In this document: piece after piece, positions 1 to 11,762 of the stretch
Position numbering within the stretch: the first letter of the stretch is position 1
How the letters are laid out: every line of letters starts with the position of its first letter
From: Mobula hypostoma
Lineage: Eukaryota
NCBI RefSeq assembly: GCF_963921235.1
Contig: NC_086108.1
Span: 4,154,001-4,218,000, forward strand
DNA: 64,000 bases
Direction: 5' to 3'
Notes under the pieces: model-generated
Databases searched by the model: none
What the model was told of the DNA's origin: nothing
The model's input: the letters and a program-made list of their open reading frames with translations, nothing else
Program-made: the position numbers and the translations under genes

Positions 1-557
1 TCTATAGGTTTTTTGAGTATGCCCACAAGAAAATGAATCTCAGGTTCGATTACAGTGACAGTAAATTTACTTTGAACCACTGTGGCCAACCTAAGAGCTC
101 TGAGGAAAATGTCTCCCCCGCTCACTGCCTGTCGGGTTAGAGGGGGGCTTTCAGAGGGGGAAAGGGTCCACAGAGATGGGACGTGTAGTGTGGCTTGTAC
201 AGACTCTGCACCTGCCCACGCGAGCGTGCTGCGGCCTTTTCCTGTGCTGTCAGAGCTGGGAGCAGGGCGGCAGCTGAGGAAACAATTGCGTGCCGATTGT
301 TTGTCATCGGATCACCTTTCCCCGCTCCTGCCCTGCGCACACAATTCCCTGTATATTTTGGGAGGGTGGGCTGGACACAGCTGGTGTTGGCACCGTCTGG
401 AGCAGCTGCTCGCTCCCCAACAGCCTGTCAACTTAGACACAGCACCCTCTGACGCCTTTATTTTCTGTGTCTGTCTGTCTGTCTTCCTGTGTCTGTTAGT
501 CTCATTGTCTGTCTCTCTGTATATCTGTGTCTCTCTCACCCTCTGAATGCCTGCCTT

Positions 558-560
<3 letters not shown>

Positions 561-604
<44 letters not shown>
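561..604. repeat. (CT)n microsatellite
   Basis: Pure CT run, preceded by degenerate CTGT/CT sequence from ~465. Confidence 0.95.
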
Positions 605-608
<4 letters not shown>

Positions 609-1579
609 CACATAGACTCACTCACTCACACCCCTGTACGTCTGTCTGTCCCCTCTACCCCCCCTCTCCCCACCCCCCCATGTTGTCATCACCTGGCTGG
701 CCGCTCCATGACCCCCCGTCCCAGTGGGTGTGTGCTGTGGTCTGTGGGTCAGCAATATATGACACTTTGGTTCTGCTGGAGCCTATTGTACGGCTGCTGA
801 CGAGAGTCTCGTGTGTGCAGGAGGGTGGGGTGTGGGCAGCAGGCTCTCCCACCACACCATTGTGGACGACACATGATCAGGGTCCCCCAAAACAAAGGGT
901 CCAAAGTCATTTATATTAATTATTTCAAAGCAACCGAACAAAAAAGTTCTTACTGACCATCTGTGGTCTTGTTAGTGTAAGTTTTCAACAGAAGCCTTTC
1001 GGGACCAGCTGTGTGACTGCTTTGTGAAGCCTGTGTCCGACCAGGGGAGAATGCCGAGTACAAATGGCGATGTTAATATTGCCCAGTTGGTCCTGTTGTC
1101 CAGCAAGTCCTGACGGCAAGATTTCAGAATCGGCTTTATTATCCCTGACATACTGTATATTTTGTGTCTATTAACACGAGGTTCTGCAGATGCTAGAAAT
1201 CCAGAGAACACACAAACATAAAATGCTGGAGGAACTCAGCAGGCCAGGCAGCATCAATGGAGGGGAATAAACAGTGGAGCTTCTTGTCTTCATCGGATCC
1301 TGACTTGGCCTGAAGAGTTGGCTCTCCACAGATGCTGCCCAACCTGCTGAGTTCCTCTAGCAATTTGTGTGTGTGTGAATGTTACCCATGAAGTTTGTGG
1401 AGCTTATTTGCGACAGCAATATAGGGAAATCCATTAAAAAGTAATATAAAAGAATAGTTCAAAAAGTGAGCAAAATAGTGGATTAGTGTTCATGAACCAT
1501 TCAGAAATCTGATAGCGGCGGGGAAGGTGTTCCTGAAATGTTGAGTGTGTGTCTTCCAGCTCCTGTACCTCCTCCCGTG

Positions 1580-1952
1580 GGTGGTGGGGTGGAGATGCGT
1601 CTCTGCCAAAAGAGGAGTTAGGTGCTTCTTCACTCCACTAGCCTGCAGGTCACCCTTGGGCAAGGCGTAGCACCTGCTTAGGCCCCCCCACCAGTCAGGG
1701 TCACGTGAAGCCACAGGAGCAGGTGGTGGATGGTCGTATGAGCAGCCGGTGCATAGCACAAGTCCTGGTTATGTGACCACTGGTGCCAGGCAGAGTATTG
1801 ATAATGGCTGGGGTCACCCATCTTGTAAAGGCACTGCCCAGAAGAAGCCAATGGCAAACCAGTTCTGTAGAAAAATCTGCCAAGAGCAATCATGGTCATA
1901 GAGAGACCATGGTCACCCATGTCATACAACATGGCACGTAACGACGATGTCA
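1580..1952 (+). mobile_element. ~370-bp SINE-like element with an RTE-like 3' end; other copies on the minus strand at ~26345-26720, ~30568-30935, ~44080-44310 (deleted) and ~56175-56445
   Basis: Five clearly homologous copies in the window (e.g. GGTCACCCTTGGGCAAGG, ATGGCAAACCAC/GTTCTGTAGAAAAAT). The 3' part resembles RTE/Bov-B tails. Family assignment is inference. Confidence 0.6.
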
Positions 1953-1982
1953 TCTGTCACAGCATGTAACGATGATAGTGTC

Positions 1983-2385
1983 AATAGACAATAGGTGCAG
2001 AAGTAGACCATTTGGCCCCTCGAGCCTGCACCGCCATTCTGAGATCATGGCTGATCATCTACTATCAATACCCGGTTCCTGCCTTGTCCCCATAACCCTT
2101 GATTACCCTATCCATAAGATACCTATCTAGCTCCTTCTTGAAAGCATCCAGAGAATTGGCCTCCACTGCCTTCTGACGCAGCGCGTTCCACACCTTCACA
2201 ACTCTCTGGGAGAAGAAGTTCCTCCTCAACTCTGTCCTAAATGACCTACCCCTTATCCTTAAACCATGCCCTCCGGTACTGGACTCTCCCAGCATTCCTG
2301 CTCTATCTTGTCCAATCCCTTAATAATCTTATATGTCTCAATCAGATCCCCCCTCAATCTCCTTAATTCCAGCGTGTACAAGCCC
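1983..2385 (-). mobile_element. CR1 LINE 3' fragment
   Basis: ORF 2065-2295 (STGGHGLRIRGRSFRTELRRNFFSQRVVKVWNAL) is the CR1 ORF2 C-terminus; 3' UTR follows. Confidence 0.9.
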
Positions 2386-3006
2386 TGGTGTGCTGTTAAC
2401 AAGAAGCTATACGCTGGGGTTATTCACCCACAGTCCAGTTTATACATGTGTTGGCATCTGAATTGTAATCTGCTGTGGCATTGAGCTGGAAAGCAATGGC
2501 TCCAGTCGGCATTTTGAAAGGCTGCTTTCATCCAAAGCTCATCCACTATCAGGTGAGTGCTCCTGGAGGGGGAGCTGTAAGTTAAACATGTCGTTAGATA
2601 ATTGCCGCCTTGGGTTGCGATGTCAGCGGCAGAACCTGAAGAGCTAATAAAATATTGAAGGAACAGCAACTGCTCTCTCCGTTTCCTCTTAACGTAATGG
2701 GCAATCAAAGTGCTCACGTCCTCTGATCACAAGCCCTTTTGAACTGAATTCAGAAGTTGTCGTTCAGATTGTGCACATGGCACCCATTTGCTTGTGGTGA
2801 GGTGAGGGATCACTTGGAAGTTATTTTTAGTGTCTGCTGTCTCAGGACTTACCTCTGTTATTAACGGCAGTCAGTTCAACCCTACAGTAGCGACTGGAAT
2901 GAGTGCAAATACAAACTGTTTCCATTATACTGCCAGAGTTTTTCCGACCTGCTTCCCCTGCCAAAGGAAAATTCCCATCAGAATCAGCTTTATTATCACT
3001 AATGTA

Positions 3007-3305
3007 CAGTACTGAGCAAAGCTCTTAGGCACATGTAAAAAAAATCTGTGAAATGAAGATGCTTTCAATATAATGAAATGAAAAGTTTCTAAATATCTGT
3101 ACATTTAATATATAGAGCAGTAAACAGTAAAAAACATTAAATCACCTCAGTATTTGGTGTGACCACCCTTTTGCCTTTAAAACCGCAACAATTCTCTTAG
3201 GTCCCCTGTTGTACCGTTTTATAAGAAGATCAGCTGGTAGGTTGTTCCAGGCATCTTGGAGAACTTGCCACAGTTCTTCTGCAGACTTGGCTGCCTTGCT
3301 TGCTT
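3007..3305 (-). mobile_element. Tc1-like transposon 3' fragment
   Basis: SAEELWQVLQDAWNNLPADLLIKRYNRGPKRIVAVLKAKG matches the Tc1 transposase C-terminus; a TACAGT-type terminus lies near 3005. Confidence 0.75.
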
Positions 3306-3685
3306 CTGTATCCCCTCCCTGATGGTAGCAATGAGAAGAGGGCATGTCCTGGGTGATGGGGGTCCCTAATGATGGATGCCCCCTTTCTGAGGCATCTCCT
3401 TTTGCAGGTGTCCCGGATGCTGGGGAGGTTAGTAAGCATGGTGGAACTGAATGAATTTACAATCTTCTGTAGCTTTTTCCGATCCTGTGCAATGGCCCCT
3501 TCATGTGGCACGCTTCGGGCTTTGGAGGTGGATTGGAAGATTTTTCAGATCTTTTGGATGCTATTTGTTCACCTGCGCTGCGCCTTCCCTGTAGTTGTTA
3601 CACCTTGTTCTGCGTTACCTCAATGCACTGTGATCTGATCTGTATGAACAGTGTGCAAACAAGCTCTTCACTCCATCTCCGTACA

Positions 3686-4575
3686 TCAGAATCAGGTATA
3701 TTATCACCGGCGTGTGACGTGAAATTTGTTAACTTAGCTGCAGCAGTTCAATGCAATACATAATCTAGGAGGAAAATAAAAATAAAATAATAATAAATAA
3801 TTAAATCAATTACAGTATATGTATATTGAATAGATTAAAAATCGTGCAAAAAAACCCAGAAATACTGTATATTTAAAAAAAGAAGTGAGGTAGTGCCCAA
3901 GGTTCAATGTCCATTTAGGAATTGGGTGACAGAGGGGAAGAAGCTGTTCCTGAATCACTGAGTGTGTGCCTTCAGGCTTCTGTACCTCCTACCTGATGGT
4001 AACAGTGAGAAAAGGGCATGTCCTGGGTGCTGGAGGTCCTCAATAATGGACGCTGCCTTTCTGAGACACCGCTCCCTAAAGATGTCCTGAGTACTTTGTA
4101 GGCTAGTGCCCAAAATGGAGCTGACTAGATTTACAACCTTCTGCAGCTTCTTTCGGTCCTGTGCAGTAGCCCCTCCATACCAGACAGTGATGCAGCCTGT
4201 CAGAATGCTCTCCATGGTACATCTGTAGAAGCTTTTGAGTGTATTTGTTGACATGCCAAGTATCTTTAAACTCCTATTGAAGTATAGCCGCTGTCTTGCT
4301 GCCTTTATAACTACATCGATATGTTGGGACCAGGTTAAATCCTCAGAGATCTTGACACCCAGGAAATTGAAGCTGCTCACTCTCTCCACTTCTGATCCCT
4401 CTATGAGGATTGGTATGTGTTTCTTCGTCTTACCCTTCCTGAAGTCCACAATCAGCTCTTTTGTCTTACTGACGTTGAGTGCCAGGTTGTTGCTGTGGCA
4501 CCACTCCACTAGTTGGCATATCTCACTCCTGTACGCCCTCCCGTCACCACCTGAGAACCTACCAACAATGGTTGT
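3686..4575 (-). mobile_element. Rex1/Babar-like LINE 3' portion (RT C-terminal region plus 3' UTR and (GATTCT)n tail)
   Basis: ORF 3955-4605: WCHSNNLALNVSKTKELIVDFRK...FLGVKISEDLTWSQH...LLPSGRRYRSL. A second piece lies at ~3305-3500. Confidence 0.85.
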
Positions 4576-4604
4576 AACAGTAATAAACCAATTCCAATAA
4601 ATCA

Positions 4605-5465
4605 CTTCACACAGAGAGGTGGAGTGGTGGGTGTATGGAATGCACTGCCAGCGAAGGTGGTAGAGGCAGATACAACAGAGTCTTTTAAGACACTCTTAAA
4701 TAGGTACATGGAGCTTAGAAAAATAGAGGGCTATGCGGTAGGGAAAATCCAGGCAGATTCTAGAGTGGGTTACATGGTCGGCACAACATTGTGGGCCAAA
4801 GAGCCTGTAATGTGCTGTAGATCTCTACGTTTCTAATTCCAATTTCAAGATCCCAAGCTAATAATAACGGACCACTTTCACGTTACACATTATAGGTCCT
4901 AAAGATGAGATTCCTCCCCATCTCCATCCTTTTAGAACGGAGATGAGGAGGAATTTCTTCAGCCAGAGAGTGGTGAATCTGTGGAATTTATTGCCACAGG
5001 TGGCTGTGGGGGCCAAGTCATTGGGTATATTTAAAGTGGAGGTTGCTATGAGGAGCGTTTGATGGCTCTGGGCCTGTACTCACTGGAATTCAGAAGAACG
5101 AGTGGGGATCTAATGAAATCTATCAAATGTTGAAAGGGCTCGATAGAGTGGATATTGGAGAGGATGTTTACCATAGTGGGGGAATCCATGGCCTCAGAAT
5201 AGAGGGGTGTCCATTTAGAACGGAACGAGGTGGAATTTCTTTAGCCAGAGAGTGGTGAATCTGTGGAATTCATTGCCACAGGCAGCTGTGGAGGCCGAGT
5301 CATTCAGTATATTTAAAACAGAGGATGATAGATTCTTGATTAGTCAGGGCCTGAAGAGATATGGGGAGAAAGCAGGAGATTGGGGCTGAGGGGGATAATG
5401 AATCAAGTATGATTGAATGGTGATGGGTTGAATGGCCTAATTCTGCTCCTATGTCGTAATGGTTG
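4605..5465 (+). mobile_element. cluster of three CR1 3' fragments
   Basis: Repeated CR1 3' motif (TTTAGAACGG..GAATTTCTT.AGCCAGAGAGTGGTGAATCTGTGGAATT) and 3' UTR ends (GGCCTAATTCTGCTCCTAT). Confidence 0.85.
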
Positions 5466-5837
5466 TGTATGTCCCTCTGTTTACAGATCAACAGAGCACC
5501 CTTAAGGTATTTGTAATTGTAGATATCTCGAGCTCACACACACACACAATTTAAAATCCTCCGTAGGCCACAGGTGTAGAAAGGTGGACACTGAGACTCT
5601 GAGAGTCCCTGCGCCTTTCTTGTGATTCCCGTGTCTCAGATTTGCCCCGATCACGGTGGCTGTGGAGACGGTTTGCTCGGTTGCGAATTACGCCCTGTAT
5701 TCCCGCGTTGCAAGTGGCTCATAAGGGAGGTGCAGATTCATTCCCTTTGGGGTTCCGTGGGCCCCAGAGGAAGGGGTTCATGGCAGAGGCGTGTCCCCCA
5801 CAGCTTCGCTCTTTGTCAACACACAACACGGGACATT

Positions 5838-6110
5838 GGCGGTACATTAACACAGCGCTTTACGGTACCCGCGACCCGGGTTCAATTCCTGCCGCTGCCT
5901 GTAAGGAATTTGTACGTTCTCCTCGTGATCGCGTGGGTTTCCTCCAGGTGCTCCGGTTTCCTCCCACAGTCCAAAGACGTACCGGTTGGTAGTTTAATTG
6001 GTCATTGTGAGTTGTCTTGTGGTTAGGCTAGGGTTAAAAAGGTGGGCTGCTGGGCATCGTGGCTCAGAGGGCCAGAGGGGCCTATTCTGTGCTGTATCTC
6101 AATAAATAAA
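5838..6110 (+). mobile_element. tRNA-derived V-SINE (HE1-like); further copies at ~7810-7945(-), ~26915-27110(+), ~38500-38715(-), ~45850-45990(-), ~59510-59750(-)
   Basis: B-box GGTTCAATTCC followed by the V-domain-like GGGTTTCCTCCAGGTGCTCCGGTTTCCTCCCACAGTCCAAAGAC, a CR1-like 3' end and an (AAAT)n tail. Confidence 0.8.
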
Positions 6111-6144
6111 TAGACAGCACTACAGGCCCTTCAGCCCACAATGT

Positions 6145-6442
6145 CTCTTTATCCTATGGTCCAATCTCCTCTCCTATCAGATTCCTTCTTCTCCAGCCCT
6201 TGACCTTTCCCAACCACCTGGCTTCACCCATCACCTTCCAGCTAGCCTCCTTCCCCTCCCAACCACCCCACCTTTTCATCCTGGCACCGTTCCCGCTTCC
6301 TTCTCAGTCCCGATGAAGTGTCTCGGTCCGAAACATAGACTCTTTACTCTTTTCCGTAGATGCTGCCTGACCTGCTGAGTTCCTCCAGCATTTTGTGTGT
6401 GTTGCTCTGGATTTCAAGCATCTGCAGAATCTCTCATGTTTA
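6145..6442 (+). mobile_element. Penelope-like pLTR/3' remnant with a degenerate hammerhead motif (6305-6341); similar remnants at ~1170-1375(-), ~7270-7365(-), ~34010-34360(+), ~52590-52985(+), ~57895-58005(-), ~61005-61170(-)
   Basis: Pyrimidine-rich tract, then AGTCC(C)GATGAAG..GAAAC, then the GATGCTGCCTGACCTGCTGAGTTCCTCCAGCA tail shared with the GIY-YIG-bearing copies. Confidence 0.75.
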
Positions 6443-7224
6443 TGGTTGACTCCTCCATTTTCCTATCTGCCAATCCAAGAGTCTTCTAATATTCCTAATG
6501 TATCTGCCTCTACTGCCACCCTGGCAGGGTGTTCTGTGTACTCATCGCATTCTGTGTGAAAATTTACCTCTGACATCCCCCCCTCAACACATACTTCTCT
6601 CCAATCACCTTAAAGTTGTTCCCCCCCCCCTTGTAATTAGCCATCTCCACCCTAAGAAAAGGTCTTTGGCTGTCCGCTCGATCTATGTTCACCTCCATCA
6701 GAGATTAGATATTATATTTCCCTGTTCTATGCTCCGCCAACCACCTAATCAATTACTTTCAAGATCCTAGAATCCAAATCACCACTTAACCTTTGCCTCC
6801 AGGGAACACAAGATTAGTCCGGGTAATCTCTTCTCATAATTAAACCTTAGGACAGGCATATCTGGCTTTATTCTGGCCTTCGAGGTCCAAAAGCTGAGGT
6901 AAAAAGTCCTATGATGTGAGACTCTCCCACCACAGGAAACATCCTCTCCACATCCACTCTATCAAGGCCTCGTTAGGTCACCCCTGAATTCTAGTGCAAG
7001 ATGTGCAATTTTGCCTCATCGTTGACTAATGTGAGTTATTCCGAAACATTGTGGCCAACAAAGTGAGTTTCTTGTTGTAACACTGCGGCTGACATGTACA
7101 GCAAGTCCCCACAAGGCTTCAAAATCATGGGAGATGGGGGGTGATGATAATGTTGGTAAATATTTATCGCAGGACACAGAGAATTCCCCTTAAAATAGAT
7201 GTGGCTGTGACAGGCTCTTGTTTT

Positions 7225-7226
<2 letters not shown>

Positions 7227-7269
<43 letters not shown>
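7227..7269. repeat. (CA)n microsatellite
   Basis: Pure CA run abutting a PLE tail remnant. Confidence 0.95.
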
Positions 7270-7275
<6 letters not shown>

Positions 7276-8327
7276 AGCTGCAGGAACTCAGCAAGTCAGG
7301 TAGCATCTGTAGATGGGAATAAACAGCCGATGTTTTGAGTTGAGGTCCTTCGTCAGGACTGGAGATGATTAGCTTTATCTGTGATGTGTACAATAAAACA
7401 TACAGTGAAGTGTGTCATTTGCGTCAACCAACTTCAATCAGAGGATTGCGCTGGGGGCAGCCCACAAGCATCGCAGCATATCTGGCACTAACTTACTAAC
7501 CCTAGTCCTAGCCCACGTGTCTGAACATTGATCAGCACTAAACTGAACAGTCCCAGGCTGTTTCAGTGACTCTGCGGTTTGATATTATACATTCTGCGTT
7601 TTTGCTGTTTGCATGATTTCATCTTATTTGCATGTTGGATGTTTGATGGTTTCTTTGCAGCACTCACAACGCGCTGGAGGAACTCAGACCTTGATGGTTT
7701 CTTTGAATGTGTTGGTTCCATGGTGTTTGTTTCGTGGTTGTCTGTGGGGAAGATGAATCTCAGGGTTGTATAGCACATACATACTTTGGTAATAAATGTA
7801 CCTTGAATCTTTTTTGGACTGTGGGAGGAAACCAGAGCACCTGGCGGAAACCCACATGGTCACAGGGAGAACGTACAAGCTTCTTACAGACATCAGTGGG
7901 GATTGAACCCAGGCTGCTGTGAACCATTGTGCTACTGTGCAGCTAAGGGGTAATATCCAGCAATTTAATCAGTTGACAAGGGACAGTTTCACTTTATAGT
8001 AGCCAGTTAAGCAACCGAAACAAAATCCACTTGGTCACAGGGAGAGCTTGCAAACTCCACACAGAGAGCACCCCTGGTCAGGATGGAGCCCTGCTCACTG
8101 GTGCAGTGAGACAGCGACTCTACCATTGTCTCTCTGCAGTTTGTGCAAGTTCTGTGAGATGGGGGTTAAAGTTCAAGTATACAATCCTTCTGAGATTAGT
8201 GTGATCTAAGGGTGTGATGTCAGTCCTCTTGCGGCTTTCAAGTTTTTGTATTTATTTAACGAGAGTGTGGAACAGGCCCTTCTGCACCAGCGAGCAGCCC
8301 ACCGATTTAACCCCAGCCTAAACACAC

Positions 8328-8725
8328 AATGCCTCCAGGAGCACCACAACCTTGTCGTAGGGTTTGAAGCTTGTGTGCTTCACTGACCTGGAGAGCTATG
8401 CTGGCTGGAGTCGGGGCTTTATGCTTTGGCTCTTGGTAAGGTCACCTAGGTCAAAGGGTAGAGGCCAGACTAAGAGTGGTCCACCAGTCCTCCAGATTTG
8501 GGGTTCAGCTCATGACTATTAACCCTGACTGGTCAAACAAAATTGTTACGGAAACAGCAATGAAGAATCCTTCTGCATCTGAGTGTGACGGTATTCCTGA
8601 GTCTCCACCCAGGTCTTGTATGACTGACAGCAGTGAATACCGAGTTACTAACATGATAAAGGAAGTCCTGAACACTGCCAGAGATGGAGAACCTTCATGG
8701 TACTGCAAGCACTGAACGATTTTCA
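8328..8725 (+). mobile_element. RTE-clade-like 5' UTR-derived element
   Basis: GCACCACAACCTTGTCGT...GGTCAAAGGGTAGAGGCCAGACTAAGAG resembles fish RTE (Rex3/Expander-type) 5' ends; recalled similarity only. Confidence 0.4.
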
Positions 8726-9175
8726 ATGACTAATTAACTAACTAACCAGTACCATAGGAAATCCACGCGGTCACGTGAAGAACGTACAAACCTTCTTACA
8801 GAGGATGCCAGAAATGAATTCCAAACTCCAGTGCCCTGGGCAGCAATAGCGTTATATTCACCACTATGCTACAGTGGTGTTGTTAGAGTTGAGATTGATT
8901 AAATAGTTGTTCTGTGGCAACTACACACACACAATGCTGGAGGAACTCGGAGGGTCAGGCAGCATCTATGGAAAGGAATAAACAGATGTTTCAGGCTGCA
9001 TCAGAACTGTTCTTTGGGTCCTTGTGGAATTATTGAACGCTCACCAGGAAGCCCACTTGGCTGGGATTATGAATCAGAACTAATGTTTCTTTTACTGGGA
9101 TCTGGGCCTTACGGAGACAGGCTGTATTAACAGTACATCGCTGGTTGAAACTCTGTGTGTGGGTGGATGTATGTA

Positions 9176-9640
9176 CACTCAGCGGGTACTCTATTCGGTA
9201 CACCTGCTCATTACTGCAAATATCTAATCAGCCAATCACGTGGCAGCAACTCCATGCATAAGAGCATGCTGACATGGTCAGGAGGCTCAGGCAAAATGTC
9301 AGAATGGGGAAGAATTGTGATCCACCTGACTTTTAGGGAATGATTGTTGGTGCCAGACAGGGTGGTTTAAGTATCTCAGAAACTGCTGATTTCCTGGGAT
9401 TTTCAGGCACAACTGTCTCTGGAGTTTACAGAGAGTGGTGTGAGAGCCAAAAGCCATCCAGTGAGTGGCAGCTGTCTGGGTGAAAATGCCTTGTTGATGA
9501 GAGCGGTCAGAGGAGAATGGCTGGGCTGGTTCAAGCTGACAGTAACTCTCATAACCACACATTAAAACCGTGGTTGCAAAGGAGCTTTTCTGAACCTCGA
9601 AGGAGACAGGCTATTTGGTGGCCACTTCATCAAGTCCAGA
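9176..9640. mobile_element. non-autonomous Tc1-like element
   Basis: Starts TA|CACTCAG..CTATT.GGTACACCT, followed by the Tc1 N-terminal-type sequence TTGTTGGTGCCAGACAGGGTGGTTTAAGTATCTCAGAAACTGCTGAT. The right end is uncertain. Confidence 0.65.
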
Positions 9641-10154
9641 ATAGAACGTGTGCACTGACTGAATCTCTCTCAGTGCAGGTAATACGTGCCAGTGAGGGTG
9701 AATCGGGCTGTGGATTTGGGAGTGGGGGGTTTGTAGAATCTTATTTTAAAAAGAATTACTGTAAGTTGATCAACACTGAAGCAAGTTGAAGGCTGACGAT
9801 TCCACCCCCCCATTGTGAAATGTGTTAGTGTATTTTCATTGGAGTAATTATAGGGTATTTACTGCTAATTATATTGATTACACTAATACTGCGTAAACTC
9901 CATTGAATAATGGCGGGCTGTACTCCACAGACTAATATAACAAAAACACTCAGCGTGAGTTTCCTTCGGAGGAAGAATCTCCAAATGTGTTTACGTCGCC
10001 TTTATTTAAACAAGCCCTGGCCTCTGCAGTTCTTCAAGGGCGACTTTTGCAGTGCCTTGGGCCTAAATCCGCTCCTCGCTGTGTGCTTTGGGTCCAGTTA
10101 TAATCCACGTTAGTTTGCCTTTATTGTCTGAGGCATTAGGGTTATAAAGGGAGC

Positions 10155-10504
10155 TTTCAGCACATTGGCTTTTATAAATCAAAATATTGAGAACAAGAGT
10201 TGGGAACGTTCTGCTGAAATTGTATAAGACTTTGTTAAGAACAAGTTCGGAGTATTGTGTGCATTTCTGGTCACCTACCTTACAGGAAAGATGTCAATCA
10301 GATTGAAAGTGGATAGAGAAAATTTAGAAGGATGTTGCTGGGACTTGAGGATCTGTGGTTGAATAGACTGGGAGATTATTCCTTAGAATGTAGAAGATTG
10401 AGGGGAGACTGGAAAGAGGTTGAGAAAATTATGAGGAGTATAGATACAAGCAACCATCTTCCACTGAGGTTGGGTGGGACTACAACCAGAGGTCATGGGT
10501 TAAG
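10155..10504 (+). mobile_element. CR1 3' fragment, continued at 15065-15340 after the inserted CR1
   Basis: ...AGAGGTCATGGGTTAAG (10504) rejoins TAAGGGTGAAAGGTGAAATG (15065), restoring the RGHGLRVKGE motif. Confidence 0.75.
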
Positions 10505-11630
10505 ACCGTAAGACATAGGAGCAGAATTAGGCCATTTGGCCCATTGAGTCTGCTTTGCCATTTCATCATGGCTGATCCATTTCCCTCTCAGCCTCAAGCC
10601 CCGTATCCCTTTATGCCCTGACTAATCAAGAATCTATCACCCTCTGCCTTAAATGTACTCAATGACTTGGCCTCCATAGCCACCTATGGCGATGAATTCT
10701 ACAGATTCACCAATCTCTGGATAAAGGAATTCCTTATCTCCGTTCTAAGAGGATGTCCCTCTATTCTGAGGCTGTGATCTCTACTCTTATCCTCTCCACA
10801 TACACCCTATCAAAGCCTTTCACCATTTGATAGGTTTCAATGAGGTCACCACCCCTCATTCTTCTGAATTCCAGTGAATACAGGCCCAGAGCCATCAAAC
10901 ACCTTCATATGACAAGCCATTCAATCCTGGAATCGTTTTTTGTGAACCTCCTCTGAACCCTCTCCAGTTTCAGCACATCCTTCTGAGATGAGGGGCCCAA
11001 ACCTGCTCACAACACTCCAACTGAGGCCTCACCAGTGCTTTATAAAGCCTCAACATTACGTCCTTGCTTTTATATTCTAGACCTCTTGAAATGAATGTTA
11101 ACATTGCATTTGCCTTCCTCACCACTGACTCAACTTGCAAATTAACCTTCAGAGAATCCTACACAAGGACTCCCAAGCCCCTTTGCACCTCATTTTTTTG
11201 TATTTTCTCTTCATTTAGAAAATAGTTAACCCTTTCATTTCTTCTATCGTGGTGAATGACCATACACTTCCCAACACTGTATTCCATCTGCCATTTCTTT
11301 GCCTGTTCTCCTACTCTAAGTCCTTCTGTAGCATCTTTACTTCCTCAAAATTACCTGCCCCTCCACCTATCTTCATATCATCTGCAAACTTTGCAACAAA
11401 GCCATCAATTCCATCATCTAAGTCATTGACAGACTCCTGTGGAACACCACTGCCACTGGTAGTCAGCCAGAAAAGGCTCCCTTTATTCCCACTCTTTGCC
11501 TCCTGCCAATCAGCCACTGCTTTATCCATGCTGGAATCTTTTCTGTAATCCAATGGGCTTGAAGCTTGTTAAATAGCCTCATGTGTGGCACCTTGTCAAA
11601 TGCCTTCTGAAAATCCAAGTACACAACATC

Positions 11631-11762
11631 CTGACGAAGGGTTTTGGCCCGAAACGTCAACTGTACCTCTTCCTAGAGATGCTGCCTGGCCTGCTGCGTT
11701 CACCAGCCACTTTGATGTGTGTTGCTTGAATTTCCAGCATCTGCAGAATTCCTCGTGTTTGC
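11631..11762 (+). mobile_element. 132-bp solo PLE terminus beginning at the hammerhead core, with a 12-bp TSD
   Basis: GTACACAACATC at 11619-11630 and 11763-11774; insert begins CTGACGAAGGGTTTTGGCCCGAAACGTC. Confidence 0.85.

Noticed and set aside
2434..2558. Coding exon ending at the strong donor CAG|GTGAGT
   Set aside because: All three frames from the nearest acceptor contain stops; a non-coding exon is not excluded.
3955..4605. 216-aa ORF as a host gene
   Set aside because: C-terminal part of a LINE reverse transcriptase; the 5' end is truncated.
7060..7200. Deu-domain SINE remnant
   Set aside because: Only a faint recalled resemblance; too degenerate to support without alignment.
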